This document shows, piece after piece, positions 27,856-39,817 of a stretch of 64,000 bases of DNA. Position numbers and translations under genes: made by a program. A model generated the notes under the pieces. That model saw nothing but the letters and a program-made list of their open reading frames with translations, was not told where the DNA came from and made no database searches. Source of the DNA: Eledone cirrhosa (Eukaryota); contig OZ024746.1 in NCBI GenBank assembly GCA_964016885.1, positions 64,418,001 to 64,482,000 on the forward strand. Reading direction: 5' to 3'. The first letter of the stretch is position 1. Each line of letters begins with the position of its first letter.

Positions 27856-28556
27856 CATCATCATCATCATTTTACGTCCGCTTTTCACTGCTTGCAAGGG
27901 TGGGACGGGTCTTATTCAGCACAGCATCTCTCCACTCGTCACGGTCCTTCGTCATCTCCACCGTGAGCTTCAATGATTTGAGGTCTGTTCTCAACACCTC
28001 CGCCCATGTTTTTCGTGGTCTACCTCTATCACGTCTTCCTTCAACTGGCATTTCCTGGCACTTCTTCACCCATCGGTCATCCTCCATGTGCATCACATGT
28101 CCATACCACCTCAGTCTCCCCTCCCGTACACTACATTCTATCCCTCTCAGACACAGTTTCTCTCTCAACACATTTATGCTGGGTCGTTCACGCACATTTG
28201 CACTGCACATCCAATGGAGAATGCTTGCCTCATTTCTCTCCAGCCGTCGCATATCCTCTGCAGTTGCTGCCCATGTCTCACTACCATGCAGCATCGCGCT
28301 CCTCACACAGGCATCATACAACCGACATTTCGTACGCAGGGAGAAACCCTTCTTCGTCAGCAGAGGAAGTAGCTCCCTAAACTTCTTCCAACCCGTCCTT
28401 ATTCTAGATACTATGGCCTCGGAACACCCTCCTCCCATGCTAATCTGATCTCCTAGGTACCGGAAGCTATCCACCACTTCTATAGCGCACTCCTGCATTT
28501 GAAAAATGTGTCTATCAATGCGACTTCTACTGTCTAATTTCCCTGTACATCTACAT
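27856..28556 (-). mobile_element. 5'-truncated young RTE LINE (C-terminal ORF plus (GAT)n tail)
   Basis: ORF 27872-28696 contains VVDSFRYLGDQI...RLRWYGHVMHME...GRPRKTW; its N-terminal part is read-through from flanking DNA. Confidence 0.95.
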
Positions 28557-28714
28557 GTGCTACTTATTTCCTTTGCCTGTCTTCTAATACAGCTACAGCA
28601 TGCTCTACCTCTCTTAAATTGCCATAGTATAGCGTTATCACTATGTCTCAAGACCAGTGACTCTGAATGTGAAGCAAACATACCACAAATGGACAATTTG
28701 AAATTGTTCTAAAT

Positions 28715-28899
28715 TTTACAAGCATTCTCATTACTTATATTTACTATTGTATTTTCACAGAAAAGGCTTTATCCCACATAATTATTTCATATAATATTGA
28801 ATCTATTATTTTGAGAACAATACGTTAACGATTCGTTTGAGCAAAAGGAGGTGAAAGAATTTTGGCCAGATACAGCCGGTTCAAATGCTAATGGGTTAA
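28715..28899. mobile_element. Degenerate copy of the piggyBac-like MITE
   Basis: Right end AATGCTAATGGG-TTAA and internal similarity to 10383-10518; left TIR decayed. Confidence 0.6.
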
Positions 28900-30202
28900 C
28901 ACATATCACATTTTTAGATTGAGGGGGTATCAAATTTGTTGAGGTGTGATGAGACATGGAGCAAAAAAATTAAGAATCATAACTATAGACTCCATACTAA
29001 ATACTACACATTTCTTCCTTCCCAGAACTGCTTCTCTCTGAAACTACTTGTCAACTTAACAATTAACTCTTACTTTAAAATTCTAGGAAGGCTTGCAAAA
29101 ACCATAAATACTGCTTCTTCAGACAGACTAATAAAAAGTTGCCAATTCTACTTAACCATTTAGATTACAATCTGTTTGAAACTGCTCCAGGTTTTATAAT
29201 ACATCATAAAATGTTCATATTTAAATTAAAACTTACCATTATAATTTTATGTAAGAACTTGCTAGTAGGGAAAACATGTTAAATGATGATAAACTTTCTA
29301 TTCAGTTATATTCTAATAATTTATTTCTAAAATTGGCTCAATAGCAGCAATTTAGTGGGTGGTGGGGAAGTGAGTAGGAATTTGGTTATATTAACTCAGT
29401 ATTTGACCAGAACTTTATTTTATTGACCCCAGAAGGATGAAAGGCAAGATTTGAACTCAGAATAGAGAGAACCAGAATGAATACTGCTGTGGCATTTTAG
29501 CTGTTGCTCTGCCAATCTACCACCCATATTCTAGTAATAAAACATTAGCTATTTAACTGAATTTCTTCAAATTCTTGGTTATTTTTGAAAATCAATTGAA
29601 ACTGATAGGCAGTGTATTTCATTAGAAATATTGTCATGAAAGGGTGAAATCAGCATGAGAAAGAATTCATTAAAGCAAGTGTTGATGGTGCCATTAAATC
29701 ATTTATTTCATAGTGGGTGCAGTATTTTGTAGTTGTAGTTCTGATAGCTTGTGTCTAATTAGGAACTGTACAGATTAATTAATTTCCCATTCTGGAATAA
29801 TCTATTGATAATATTTCTTTTGATGAATATGGCTTGGGAGAGTTTAGCACGTTGGATCTCTGGGCACAGCAAGAATTGGTTTCACATTATTAGCAATTTC
29901 CATTACTTCCTGTGTGATAAATCAAGTTTCCATAAATTGATAATACATTGCTTGTTAACTTTGGGTGTTGTTGGCAAATTTTACAGTGGTTTCCTAGTCA
30001 AAGGAATCACCTTTTGATTTTTCACTTGCTTTTTACTTGATTTTCTGCCTGAGTTTCCTAGTAGGTTCACCTCTTTTAGTCATGCATTCTTTTCTTTTGA
30101 ATCTGGTTTTGTTATCCTACCCATTTATTTTCTTTTGTGTTTTATCACCTTACTTTCTTCTACCTTCTCTCTGCAATATGCATTTGTCCTGTATACATAT
30201 AT

Positions 30203-30526
30203 ATAGGGAAATACAAAGTTTAGATGATAAAGTCCTTTATTTATAAGGCTGTGATACACATTTCGATGATGACAGTGACCACACGATTCGGCGTAGTACC
30301 CATTGCCATGATCTCATCAGACAGCTTCTTACATAATAACGTTACAATCAAGGAGGTAATCCAAAATTGAAGCGACAAGGGGACGGACAAACAGCGAATG
30401 CCTGTTCCTCTGTGAGATGATGGCAGTGGGTACTACACCGAATCGCGTGGCCACTGTCGTCATTGAAATATGTATCACAGCCTTATCAATAAAGGACTTT
30501 ATCATCTAAACATTGTATTTCCTTAT
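30203..30526. mobile_element. Tail-out inverted pair of Penelope-pLTR-like units
   Basis: ~115-bp inverted arms 30203-30317 and 30413-30526, each carrying hammerhead stem II/GAAA/UC and a downstream AATAAA. Confidence 0.75.
30248..30325 (-). ncRNA. Minimal type-I hammerhead ribozyme with complete canonical core
   Basis: GCUGU-CUGAUGA-[G...C long stem II]-GAAA-U(gugu)A-UC-ACAGC: 5-bp stem I, G10.1-C11.1 pair, AUC cleavage triplet. Confidence 0.8.
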
Positions 30527-30606
30527 TCTGAAAATACTCCATCACTCCTATGTGGAAAATGCATGTGGAGTTCTTGAATTGAATTACATCAATGTTTTAC
30601 TGTATG

Positions 30607-30667
<61 letters not shown>

Positions 30668-30669
30668 AT

Positions 30670-31099
30670 GTGTATGTGAATTTTGTATATCTAAAGATAT
30701 TTAATTAATAAACATAAATAAACATTTTGAAAGCCCAACTATGAATAGAAGGGCTGACAGCCAACGCCATCTATCAGATTCCAGCAGAAGCAGCAGGGGA
30801 TAACTGCCTATACATTTTGAACTCTGGCTCTCATCAGGACAATGCCTCCCCTTGCTTACTGCTGGAATTTGAAACAGGTGAAAATATATAGTTTTTTGGG
30901 GCTTTTGTAGGTGGGCTCATTAGCCTCATTTGCAGATGGAGCTGTGTAAGTTGGCTCAACTTGAAAGTAGAATTAAAATTTAGCTTCGACATAGTTGTAT
31001 ACATACATGTATGGGAATTTCGTATAGTTAAAGATATATGTTATGTTTAATAAGTAAACATTTTGAAAGCCCAGCTATGAATAGAAAGGCTGACAGCCA
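30670..31099 (-). mobile_element. Retrozyme/pLTR-like unit, ~336-bp period with direct repeats and a decayed hammerhead (30803-30843)
   Basis: Direct repeat TAAACATTTTGAAAGCCC..CTGACAGCCA at 30719-30763 and 31055-31099. Minus strand AUUGUC-CUGAUGA-GAGC(caga)GUUC-AAAA-ugua-UA-GGCAGU at the tip of a longer hairpin. Confidence 0.6.
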
Positions 31100-31596
31100 G
31101 CACTGTTTAAAAAACAATCTCTTTGGTTTTTGATGTTATTACATTATTATGCTATTTTCTTTAATAGGATATTTTTCTCAAGTTTACTGATTATAAGAAT
31201 TATATATATTGATGTATTAACTAAAAACAGGAAATGGCCAATATTTAAAAAAATCCGACATCTTATTTTATATCAATCTTATTTTAAAAACAAACATCTT
31301 TTGTGTTTTATATATTTAGTATATTAAAATAGAGACATTTCAAGTGTTTGTTAAAATTCAACCCTTTCATGAAACAACTAATGATTTGCTCATCAAGTAT
31401 ATTATATCCGACATTGAAATTTTCTTTTAATAGATATGTAACCTATATAAATGATATCTAAAACACTAATAAGAAACCCAACTAAATAAAACAATCATTC
31501 AACATATGATAGCATGATAGTAGGTAAAAACAGCAACAAAATATCACATAAATTATTAATACTGCAAATATTATCACATGTAAATAGCCAGCCTTT

Positions 31597-34340
31597 CACA
31601 GTGTTATAGTCACCACAGTGTTATAGTCACCACAGTGTTATAGTCACCACAGTGTTATAGTCACCACAGTGTTACAGTCATTACACTGTTATAGTCATCA
31701 GTGTTATAGTCATTACAGTGTTATAGTCACCACAGTGTTATAGTCATTAGTGTTATAGTCATTAGTGTTATAGCCATTGCAGTGTTATAGCCATCACAGT
31801 GTTATAGTCACCACAGTGTTATAGTCACCACAGTGTTATAGTCATTACAGTGTTATAGTCACTAGTCACCACAGTGGTATAGTCACCAGTCACCACAGTG
31901 GTATAGTCATTAGTGTTATAGTCATTACAGTGTTATAGTCACCACAGTGTTATAGTCACCACAGTGTTATAGTCATTACAGTGTTATAGTCATTACAGTG
32001 TTATAGTCATTACAGTGTTATAGTCATTACAGTGTTATAGTCATTAGTGTTATAGTCACCACAGTATTATAATGACCACAGTATTATAGTCACCACAGTG
32101 TTATAGTCACCACAGTGTTATAGTCACCACAGTGTTATAGTCATTACAGTGTTATAGTCACCGCAGTGTTATAGTCACCACAGTGTTATAGTCATTACAG
32201 TGTTATAGTCACCACAGTGTTATAGTCACCACAGTGTTATAGTCATTACAGTGTTATAGTCATTACAGTGTTATAGTCATTACAGTGTTATAGTCACCAC
32301 AGTGTTATAGTCATTACAGTGTTATAGTTACCACAGTGTTATAGTCATTACAATGTTATAGTCATTACAATGTTATAGTCATTACAGTGTTATAATCATT
32401 ACAGTGTTATAGTCATTACAGTGTTAATGTCACAACAGTGTTATAGTCATTACAGTGTTATAGTCATTACAGTGTTATAGTCATTACAGTGTTATAGTCA
32501 TTACAGTGTTATAGTCATTACAGTGTTTTAGTCATTAGTGTTATAGTCATTACAGTGTTAATGTCACAACAGTGTTATAGTCATTACAGTGTTATAGTCA
32601 TTACAGTGTTATAGTCACCACAGTGTTATACTCACCACAGTGTTAGTTGTCACAGTGTTATAGTCACCACAGTGTTATAGTCATTACAGTGTTAATGTCA
32701 CAACAGTGTTATAGTCATTACAGTTTTATAGTCACCACAGTGTTATAATCTTTACAGTGTTATAGTCACCACAGTATTATAATGACCACAGTGTTATAGT
32801 CACCACAGTGTTATAGTCATTAGTGTTATAGTCATTAGTGTTATAGTCATTACAGTGTTATAGTCATTACAGTGTTATAGTCATTACAGTGTTATAGTCA
32901 CCGCAGTGTTATAGTCATTACAGTGTTATAGTCATTACAGTGTTAATGTCACAACAGTGTTATAGTCATTACAGTGTTATAGTCATTACAGTGTTATAGT
33001 CATTACAGTGTTATAGTCATTACAGTGTTATAGTCATTACAGTGTTATAGTCATTACAGTGTTATAGTCATTACAGTGTTATAGTCATTACAGTGTTATA
33101 GTCATTACAGTGTTATAGTCATTACAGTGTTATAGTCATTACAGTGTTATAGTCATTACAGTGTTATAGTCATTACAGTGTTATTGTCACTACAGTGTTA
33201 TAGTCATTACAGTGTTATAGTCATTACAGTGTTATAGTCATTACAGTGTTATAGTCATTAGTGTTATTGTCACTACAGTGTTATAGTCATTAGTGTTATA
33301 GTCATTACAGTGTTATAGTCACAACAGTGTTATAGTCACCACAGTTTTATAGACACCACAGTGTTATTGTCACCACAGTGTTATAGTCATTACAGTGTTA
33401 TAGTCATTACAGTGTTATTATCACCACAGTGTTATAGTCATTTGTGTTATAGTCATTAGTGTTATAGTCATTACAGTGTTATAGTCATTTGTGTTATAGT
33501 CATTACAGTGTTATAGTCATTAGTGTTATAGTCATTAGTGTTATAGTCATTAGTGTTATAGTCATTACAGTGTTATAGTCATTACAGTGTTATAGTCATT
33601 ACAGTGTTATAGTCATTACAGTGTTATAGTCATTACAGTGTTATAGTCATTACAGTGTTATAGTCATTACAGTGTTATAGTCATTACAGTGTTATACTCA
33701 TTAGAGTGTTATACTCATTACAGTGTTATAGTCATTACAGTGTTATAGTCATTACAGTGTTATAGTCACCACAGTGTTATAGTCATTACAGTGTTATAGT
33801 CATTACAGTGTTATAGTCATTACCGTGTTATAGTCATTACCGTGTTATAGTCATTACCGTGTTATAGTCATTACAGTGTTATAGTCATTACAGTGTTAAT
33901 GTCACAACAGTGTTATAGTCATTACAGTGTTATAGTCATTACAGTGTTATAGTCATTACAGTGTTATAGTCATTAGTGTTATAGTCATTACAGTGTTATA
34001 GTCATTACAGTGTTATAGTCATTACAGTGTTATAGTCACCACAGTGTTATAGTCATTACAGTGTTATAGTCATTACAGTGTTAATGTCACAACAGTGTTA
34101 TAGTCATTACAATGTTATAGTCATTACAGTGTTATAGTCATTACAGTGTTATAGTCACCACAGTGTTATAGTCATTACAGTGTTAATGTCACAACAGTGT
34201 TATAGTCATTACAATGTTATAGTCATTACAGTGTTATAGTCATTACAGTGTTATAGTCATTACAGTGTTATAGTCACCACAGTGTTATAGTCATTAGTGT
34301 TATAGTCATTACAGTGTTATAGTCACCACAGTGTTATAAT
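31597..34340. repeat. ~2.7 kb minisatellite, 17-bp unit CAGTGTTATAGTCA(TT/CC)A with 15-bp variants, roughly 160 units
   Basis: Direct inspection; copy number estimated from length divided by unit size. Confidence 0.98.
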
Positions 34341-35094
34341 GTTCAGAGGGTTTAGTGTGTAATTTTGTGCTATCAAACCATGATTGATGAATTTTGCACT
34401 TTATTCTTCCAAAATCTTAGAAAACTGTACCAGTAAACTATATACACCTCCTCTAAGCTGGATAATGTTGGATAGAGTGCCTTCTGGTATCTCTTTTGGT
34501 TCTCTGAGTTCAAATCCTGCAATTTGAATAAATAAAACACCATTATTATTATTTTTCTTTTTCTTGTTTCTTTTTCTTTTTCTTTTCTTTTTCTTTTTCT
34601 TTTTCTTCTTCTCCTCCTCCATTCATAAGAAGTTGGTGAGGGATAACTTGTGATAGAAGCTCTACTACTCCATCAGGAGTTGAGATCTTAAGAAAGGAAG
34701 AGAGTACCTTCTATTTTACAAAATCAGTTCTTGTGAATCATTGCATTAAGTTGTTATTGTTGTTAACCATATGTTTAATTTACAATACATCAGATTATTT
34801 TCCCTTATCTTTTTACATTGTCTAAAATAATGCTGTATTTATCTGTTTATGTTATATATTTCTTTTTCTCTGTTATATACGATAAAGGAGAAATCACCTT
34901 CCCATCTTCCCTTGTGTAATTATTAAGATCTTAATAGAATCAAAGTTTGGTTTTCTAACTTTATTTCTCCAAGGTAGACTAGCTACATATTTGCCAAGAC
35001 AATACCTGGTTTCCTTTGCTTCACAGCCTCATTAATTTCCGTTTCATTCTTTCTAATTGTTTCATGTATGATCTAACATCTATTTCTCCCACTT

Positions 35095-35257
35095 CTCACT
35101 CCCTCTCTCACTCTCTCTCTCTCTCCCTCTCTCCATCTCTTTCTCTCCCTCTCTCTCCATCTCTTTCTCTCCCTCTCTCTCCATCTCTCTCTCTCTCCCT
35201 CTCTCTCCATCTCTCTCTCTCTCCATCTCTCTCTCTCCATCTCCCCCCTCTCTCTCT
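35095..35257. repeat. CT-rich polypyrimidine repeat
   Basis: Direct inspection. Confidence 0.9.
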
Positions 35258-36039
35258 AGTTATTATATTTACTTCCTTTTCGTATTTTGCTCCTTATCCC
35301 AAATGAATTGTTTATGAATAACTGATTCCAATACATCAGAAATACAGGAATATGAACCAGGAGATAGAATCTAGAAACTTCACTTTCCTATTAATCTTCA
35401 AAGTAGGAAGTATAGATTTATTTCAAAATGAGTTTTAAAGGGATTTCATTACATTCAATGCTCAGTATTCTTTTGTTTAAACCTAGATATTTAGAATCAG
35501 TATTTAAATACACAAACACATGTACATACACTCACACACATCTATGTATGTATGTGTGTATGTATATCATTACACATTTTACTGCAGCAACACCCAGATG
35601 TCATCACCACCATTTGACACCCATTTTTCCACGCTAACATGAGTTAGACAAGTTGTTTCCTTGTGGGACAAGACAGACCAGGTGATGGTATCTTGCTTGT
35701 ACAGAACTGTTCCTGGCTTGTTTTCTCTGGCTGGATGCCCTTTCTAATGCCAACCACATTTACAGCATGGTCTGGGTGCTTTTTAGTGTGGCACCAAAAC
35801 AACCAACTAACAGGGTGGACTAAGAGCCTTTAACTATTTCAGCAGCATTGTAGGAGAGTGTGCCCAGTTTTTCATGCTTGTATTATGCATGGGTTGGACA
35901 AGAGAGGTGTATCATATATGGAAGGTGTGTGGGGAGGGGTTAGGGAGGATGTAGTGCATGTATGCAGGATGGGGATTGGAGAGGTTGGTCTAAGTTGGGG
36001 TACCTAGCTGATGAAGTTGTGGTGAGTGTTAAGATGTAT

Positions 36040-36780
36040 GAGCTGTACTGATGAAATATTTTACAATCCGAAACACCTCATGTTTCTAATTCTCTTAGCA
36101 CAGAATATTGGCAAACCTTTCTTGTTGAGGTCTAGTTTTTCATCTAGTTGTTTGTTATTGTTGCTTGCTTCCTTCTTTCTTCCAGTCTTTCTAAGTCTGT
36201 CTGTTAGTTTTGTTACTCCATTCCACTTCCATGTCACCTTCTGTCTAGCTGGAATCCTGCTCCATCCATAAATCTGCTCTGTGGCTCACATAGAAGGTTG
36301 TCTTGTAGAACCACCCAGTCATCTTTCTCACCATTTGTGTTAATTAATATTTCTTTCAACCTATGCCTGAGAGATATTTCAGTTTCTATATCTTTCCTCC
36401 TTGAATCTATCTAGCTTTTATATGGAGCATTCTGTTTACTTGTCTTTAGTGAGTGGTACATTCTTTATCAAGGAAAGACTTATTATTTATGACCAGTCAT
36501 CCATCTTACTTCTTAGTCAGTATAAAGTCTATTTGGCTTGTATGTTCAGCTAAGTGGTAGTTGGTCAAGTGGTTGACCACTTTCCTGAGGTTAGTACTGC
36601 AAATGATTATGTAATTTGTGTCACAAAATCCCAAGAACCTTGATCCTTCTACATTGATCCTTAAACCATACCCATGCCAGAGTAACAATCTTGATGTTAC
36701 CCATCCTAGTCATTAAACGAAACAGCTGTAATAATGAGGTCACTGCCATTTATTATTGAGGTAGTCTGCAAGAGGGCATT
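36040..36780 (-). mobile_element. Decayed RTE LINE fragment (APE endonuclease end plus linker)
   Basis: HGYGLRINVEGSRFLGFC...SQIDFILTKK (APE C-terminal motif); FANIL / EVFRI similar to the linker of the element at 1-1250. Confidence 0.75.
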
Positions 36781-37506
36781 GTTTGAAATCTGGCATTGTT
36801 TGAAATTTATGTTGTCAACAATAACGATTTTACATAACAAAAGCTAATTAGAAATTGAATAAAATCATATAAAATCTTTTTTTTCATTTTCTTTACATGG
36901 ATTTGTTTTATTTTTTGTTTTCGTTTTCTTTACATGGATTTCAGTTTTGATAAAGTAAAATAAATAGAAGGTAACAAGAATTTGGAATGGCTTCTAGTTA
37001 AATTAGAAGGAAAAAAACATAACAAGTGTAGAAAAACACGATTTTCTCTATTTTACTTGATTTTAATATTTTGTAGTTTGATGTAAACAGAATATAATGA
37101 CATTTCTGTAGCATTTAAAAAAATTCTCTTTAATATTTGGAATTTATAAGTTTCAGTTTTGTATCATACTGTGCTGCTTGTTTTTCTTATTGAAAATATT
37201 GGAGCATGAGATTGAAAAGGTATGATGGGTTGGTTGACGAGGAGAGAGTACTGTGAATGATATAATGATAATGGTTTAGTTTAAGAAGTGGAATAATGAT
37301 GTGTACAATAGGTGATGAGATGAAGAAGGAGGGAGGAGATAAGAAAGGTGTTGATATTGCTGGTGGTGCTACTGAATAATAATTGTTTCTACTTTTGGCA
37401 CAAGGCCAGCAATTACACAGTGCATTACTGGTACTTTATTTTATCAACCCCGTAAGGATGAAAGGCAAAATACTATTGCTATAGTTCTCTATTAGTTGTG
37501 AGGAGG

Positions 37507-37642
37507 ATTGTGAGATATACAGATGATGCGAGATATAGAGATGATGTGAGATATAGAGATGATGTGAGATATAGAGATGATGTGAGATATAGAGATGATG
37601 CGAGATATACAGATGATGCGAGATATACAGATGATGTGATAT
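37507..37642. repeat. 18-bp minisatellite (GATGATGYGAGATATASA), about 7 units
   Basis: Direct inspection. Confidence 0.92.
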
Positions 37643-37756
37643 ATGTAAATATATCACATCATTTGTATATCTCATGTATGTGTATAGATATGTATATATA
37701 CATCATCATTTAATATTTGCATACCTGGTTAGCAAGGGTTTGTGTGTGTGTATATA

Positions 37757-38093
37757 TAATAATAAGCAGGCTGGAGCAGAGTATCAAGATTGTATCTTAT
37801 ACATACAAACATATTCTATTCACACAAGTGTTTCGTTATCGATCTGCTCAAGGTTCAATAGATTACAATCAGGCCTGACTCTGTAAGCGATAGCTCCTCA
37901 GACATGTGAGTCTTTGATACACATATTTGTAAGTAAGCATTTACACATAACTCTCATATCCGAGGAGCTATCGAATACTGAGTTGGGCCCGATTGTGATT
38001 GATTGTACCTTGAGCTGATCAATAATGAAACGTGTTGTGTGAATAAAATATAAGATGCAATCTTGATAATTTGTTCCAGTCTGCTTATTATTA
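37757..38093. mobile_element. Second tail-out inverted pLTR-like pair with decayed hammerhead motifs
   Basis: Inverted arms 37757-37911 and 37950-38093. Minus copy CUGAGGA-gcuaucg..cgauaac-GAAAC; plus copy CCGAGGA...GAAACGUGUU-GUGUGA(AUAAA). Confidence 0.65.
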
Positions 38094-38269
38094 ACACTAT
38101 GCATGTTACAGCTGCTAATAACCATTAATAATAAGGGATTAGATGACCACATCTTGCTAAACCGTCGGAAAATGTAACATTTTGTTTTATCATATCTCTT
38201 CACCAAACTTTAAAAATATATGTATATAGAAGCAAGGTGCTGTGTGGTTACTGATTAAGTGTGTGTGTG

Positions 38270-39387
38270 TGTATATATATATATTAATTTCAACAACATC
38301 AGTATTCCGTGTGTCATAATTCTCGATTATCATTGGTTCATAGGTTTCAAACGACTCCGCCCTCCTCAACGACGCCAAACTTAAATTAATACGCATAATG
38401 CCAATGAGGAAGTGAGAGCGGAGAGTAAGAAACAGAGAGGCAAAGTGAACGCTGTAACTATTACCATGTGTACGTGCGCATATGTTTGTGTGCATGCATG
38501 CAGCGTTCCACAGAAAGTAAGAACTATCAACATGTGTAAGTGTGTGTAAGTGCATGGGTGCGTGTGTAAGTTTGCTTGCGTGTGCGCATTTCCATGCGTG
38601 TGTGTGTGTGTACGTGGGGCATTCCACAATCGCCACGCAGTTTATCTGTCTGTGCGCCTGTCTGTCAGTCTAACATATACAGAGTTGTGAAGGGAGTAAA
38701 TAGGGACCTTTTTTTACATTGACAGACATCTGTTATATTTATTATTGTCATTTTTTGACAATTGCTCGAAATGAAAACTGATAATAAAAGCAATTCGACT
38801 TTATCAAACAGTGAACTACAGCGGCGACGGCGTGCAGCCAGAAATGAAGAAAAACGGGCCGAACAGCGCTATCGGAACACCGAACTTCAGAGGCGAAGAC
38901 GTGCCGCCATGAATGAAGAGGAGCTGGCTGAACAACACCAACAAAACACTGGAGCCAAGCAGTGACGGCGTGCTGCGATGGTTGAAGACGAACTGGCTGG
39001 GCATCATCTTTTATATTAATTATCCATATGTATATCTACATATAATATAAAAGATTGGAACTTCTATCATCCTTTTGAGAAACGTGGAACAACCACGTCT
39101 ATGCAATGATACCTGTTTTACAGTCAGGCAGAGGATGAACCATCTTCTAGAGGTCACTATTCTAGGTGGGAGCACCTAGAATTGTTCATATACTATGCAC
39201 AAACGGTACAACGAAGAATCTGGTATATCTGGAAGATCTTTTTTTTTTTTACTGTTTTCTGTATCACACAGACTCCACGGACTCGCCTCATACTGTAACC
39301 AGACAAACATCTAATACAGTCATTTTCTCTTTTATCTGTCTTCTCTTATCATCTGTTTACCCGGGCGAAGCTGGGTACATCAGCTAG
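38270..39387 (+). mobile_element. Internally deleted Helitron retaining RepHel fragments (5' boundary approximate)
   Basis: N-terminal-type repeats ELQRRRRAA..EE (38762-38965); Pif1 helicase segment ILLRNVEQPRLCNDTCFTVRQRMNHLLEVTILG (39066-39167); C-terminus NGTTKNLVYLE; 3' hairpin CCCGGGCGAAGCTGGG plus CTAG (39384-39387) followed by T. Confidence 0.85.
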
Positions 39388-39817
39388 TATATATAAAATT
39401 TAAAATGGTAAGAATTGTCACAGTCCTTTGGCTTAATGGTTAAAAATGCCTCAATGGGATTTGGGGAGGTATGAGATTTGATTCCTCATAATCGCCAATG
39501 GCAACTTCTTTTTTGTTTTTAATAGTCTTCATCCTATTTTATAAGCTATTGAATAACATTGCTGTGAATGAGCTTATTCTTTATATTAACTTTATCTTCT
39601 CAGCACTTTGTAGAAATCTGAGAGATCTGTTACATGTACATGTTGTTTACTGATGATGTTTGTTGACACCTGAAAGCTGTGATTCAGCTATCTAACTTAA
39701 TACAGTAAGAGTTGTCATAGTCCCTTGGCTTAAAGGTTAAAAGTACATAGCTGGTATCTGGGAGATATGGGGTTCAATTCCTTATAGTGGCCGATAGCAG
39801 CTTTTTCCGTGTTTAAG

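Noticed and set aside
27798-28448. 216-aa + strand ORF (and 63204-63737 on the - strand)
   Set aside because: Antisense frames of RTE LINE coding sequence.
31597-34340. CRISPR-like regular array
   Set aside because: Contiguous 15-17 bp units with no unique spacers, in a eukaryotic context with no cas genes.
36048-36090. CTGATGA...CGAAAC hammerhead-like motif
   Set aside because: No stem I or II pairing, and the opposite strand is recognisable RTE coding remnant (EVFRI, FANIL).
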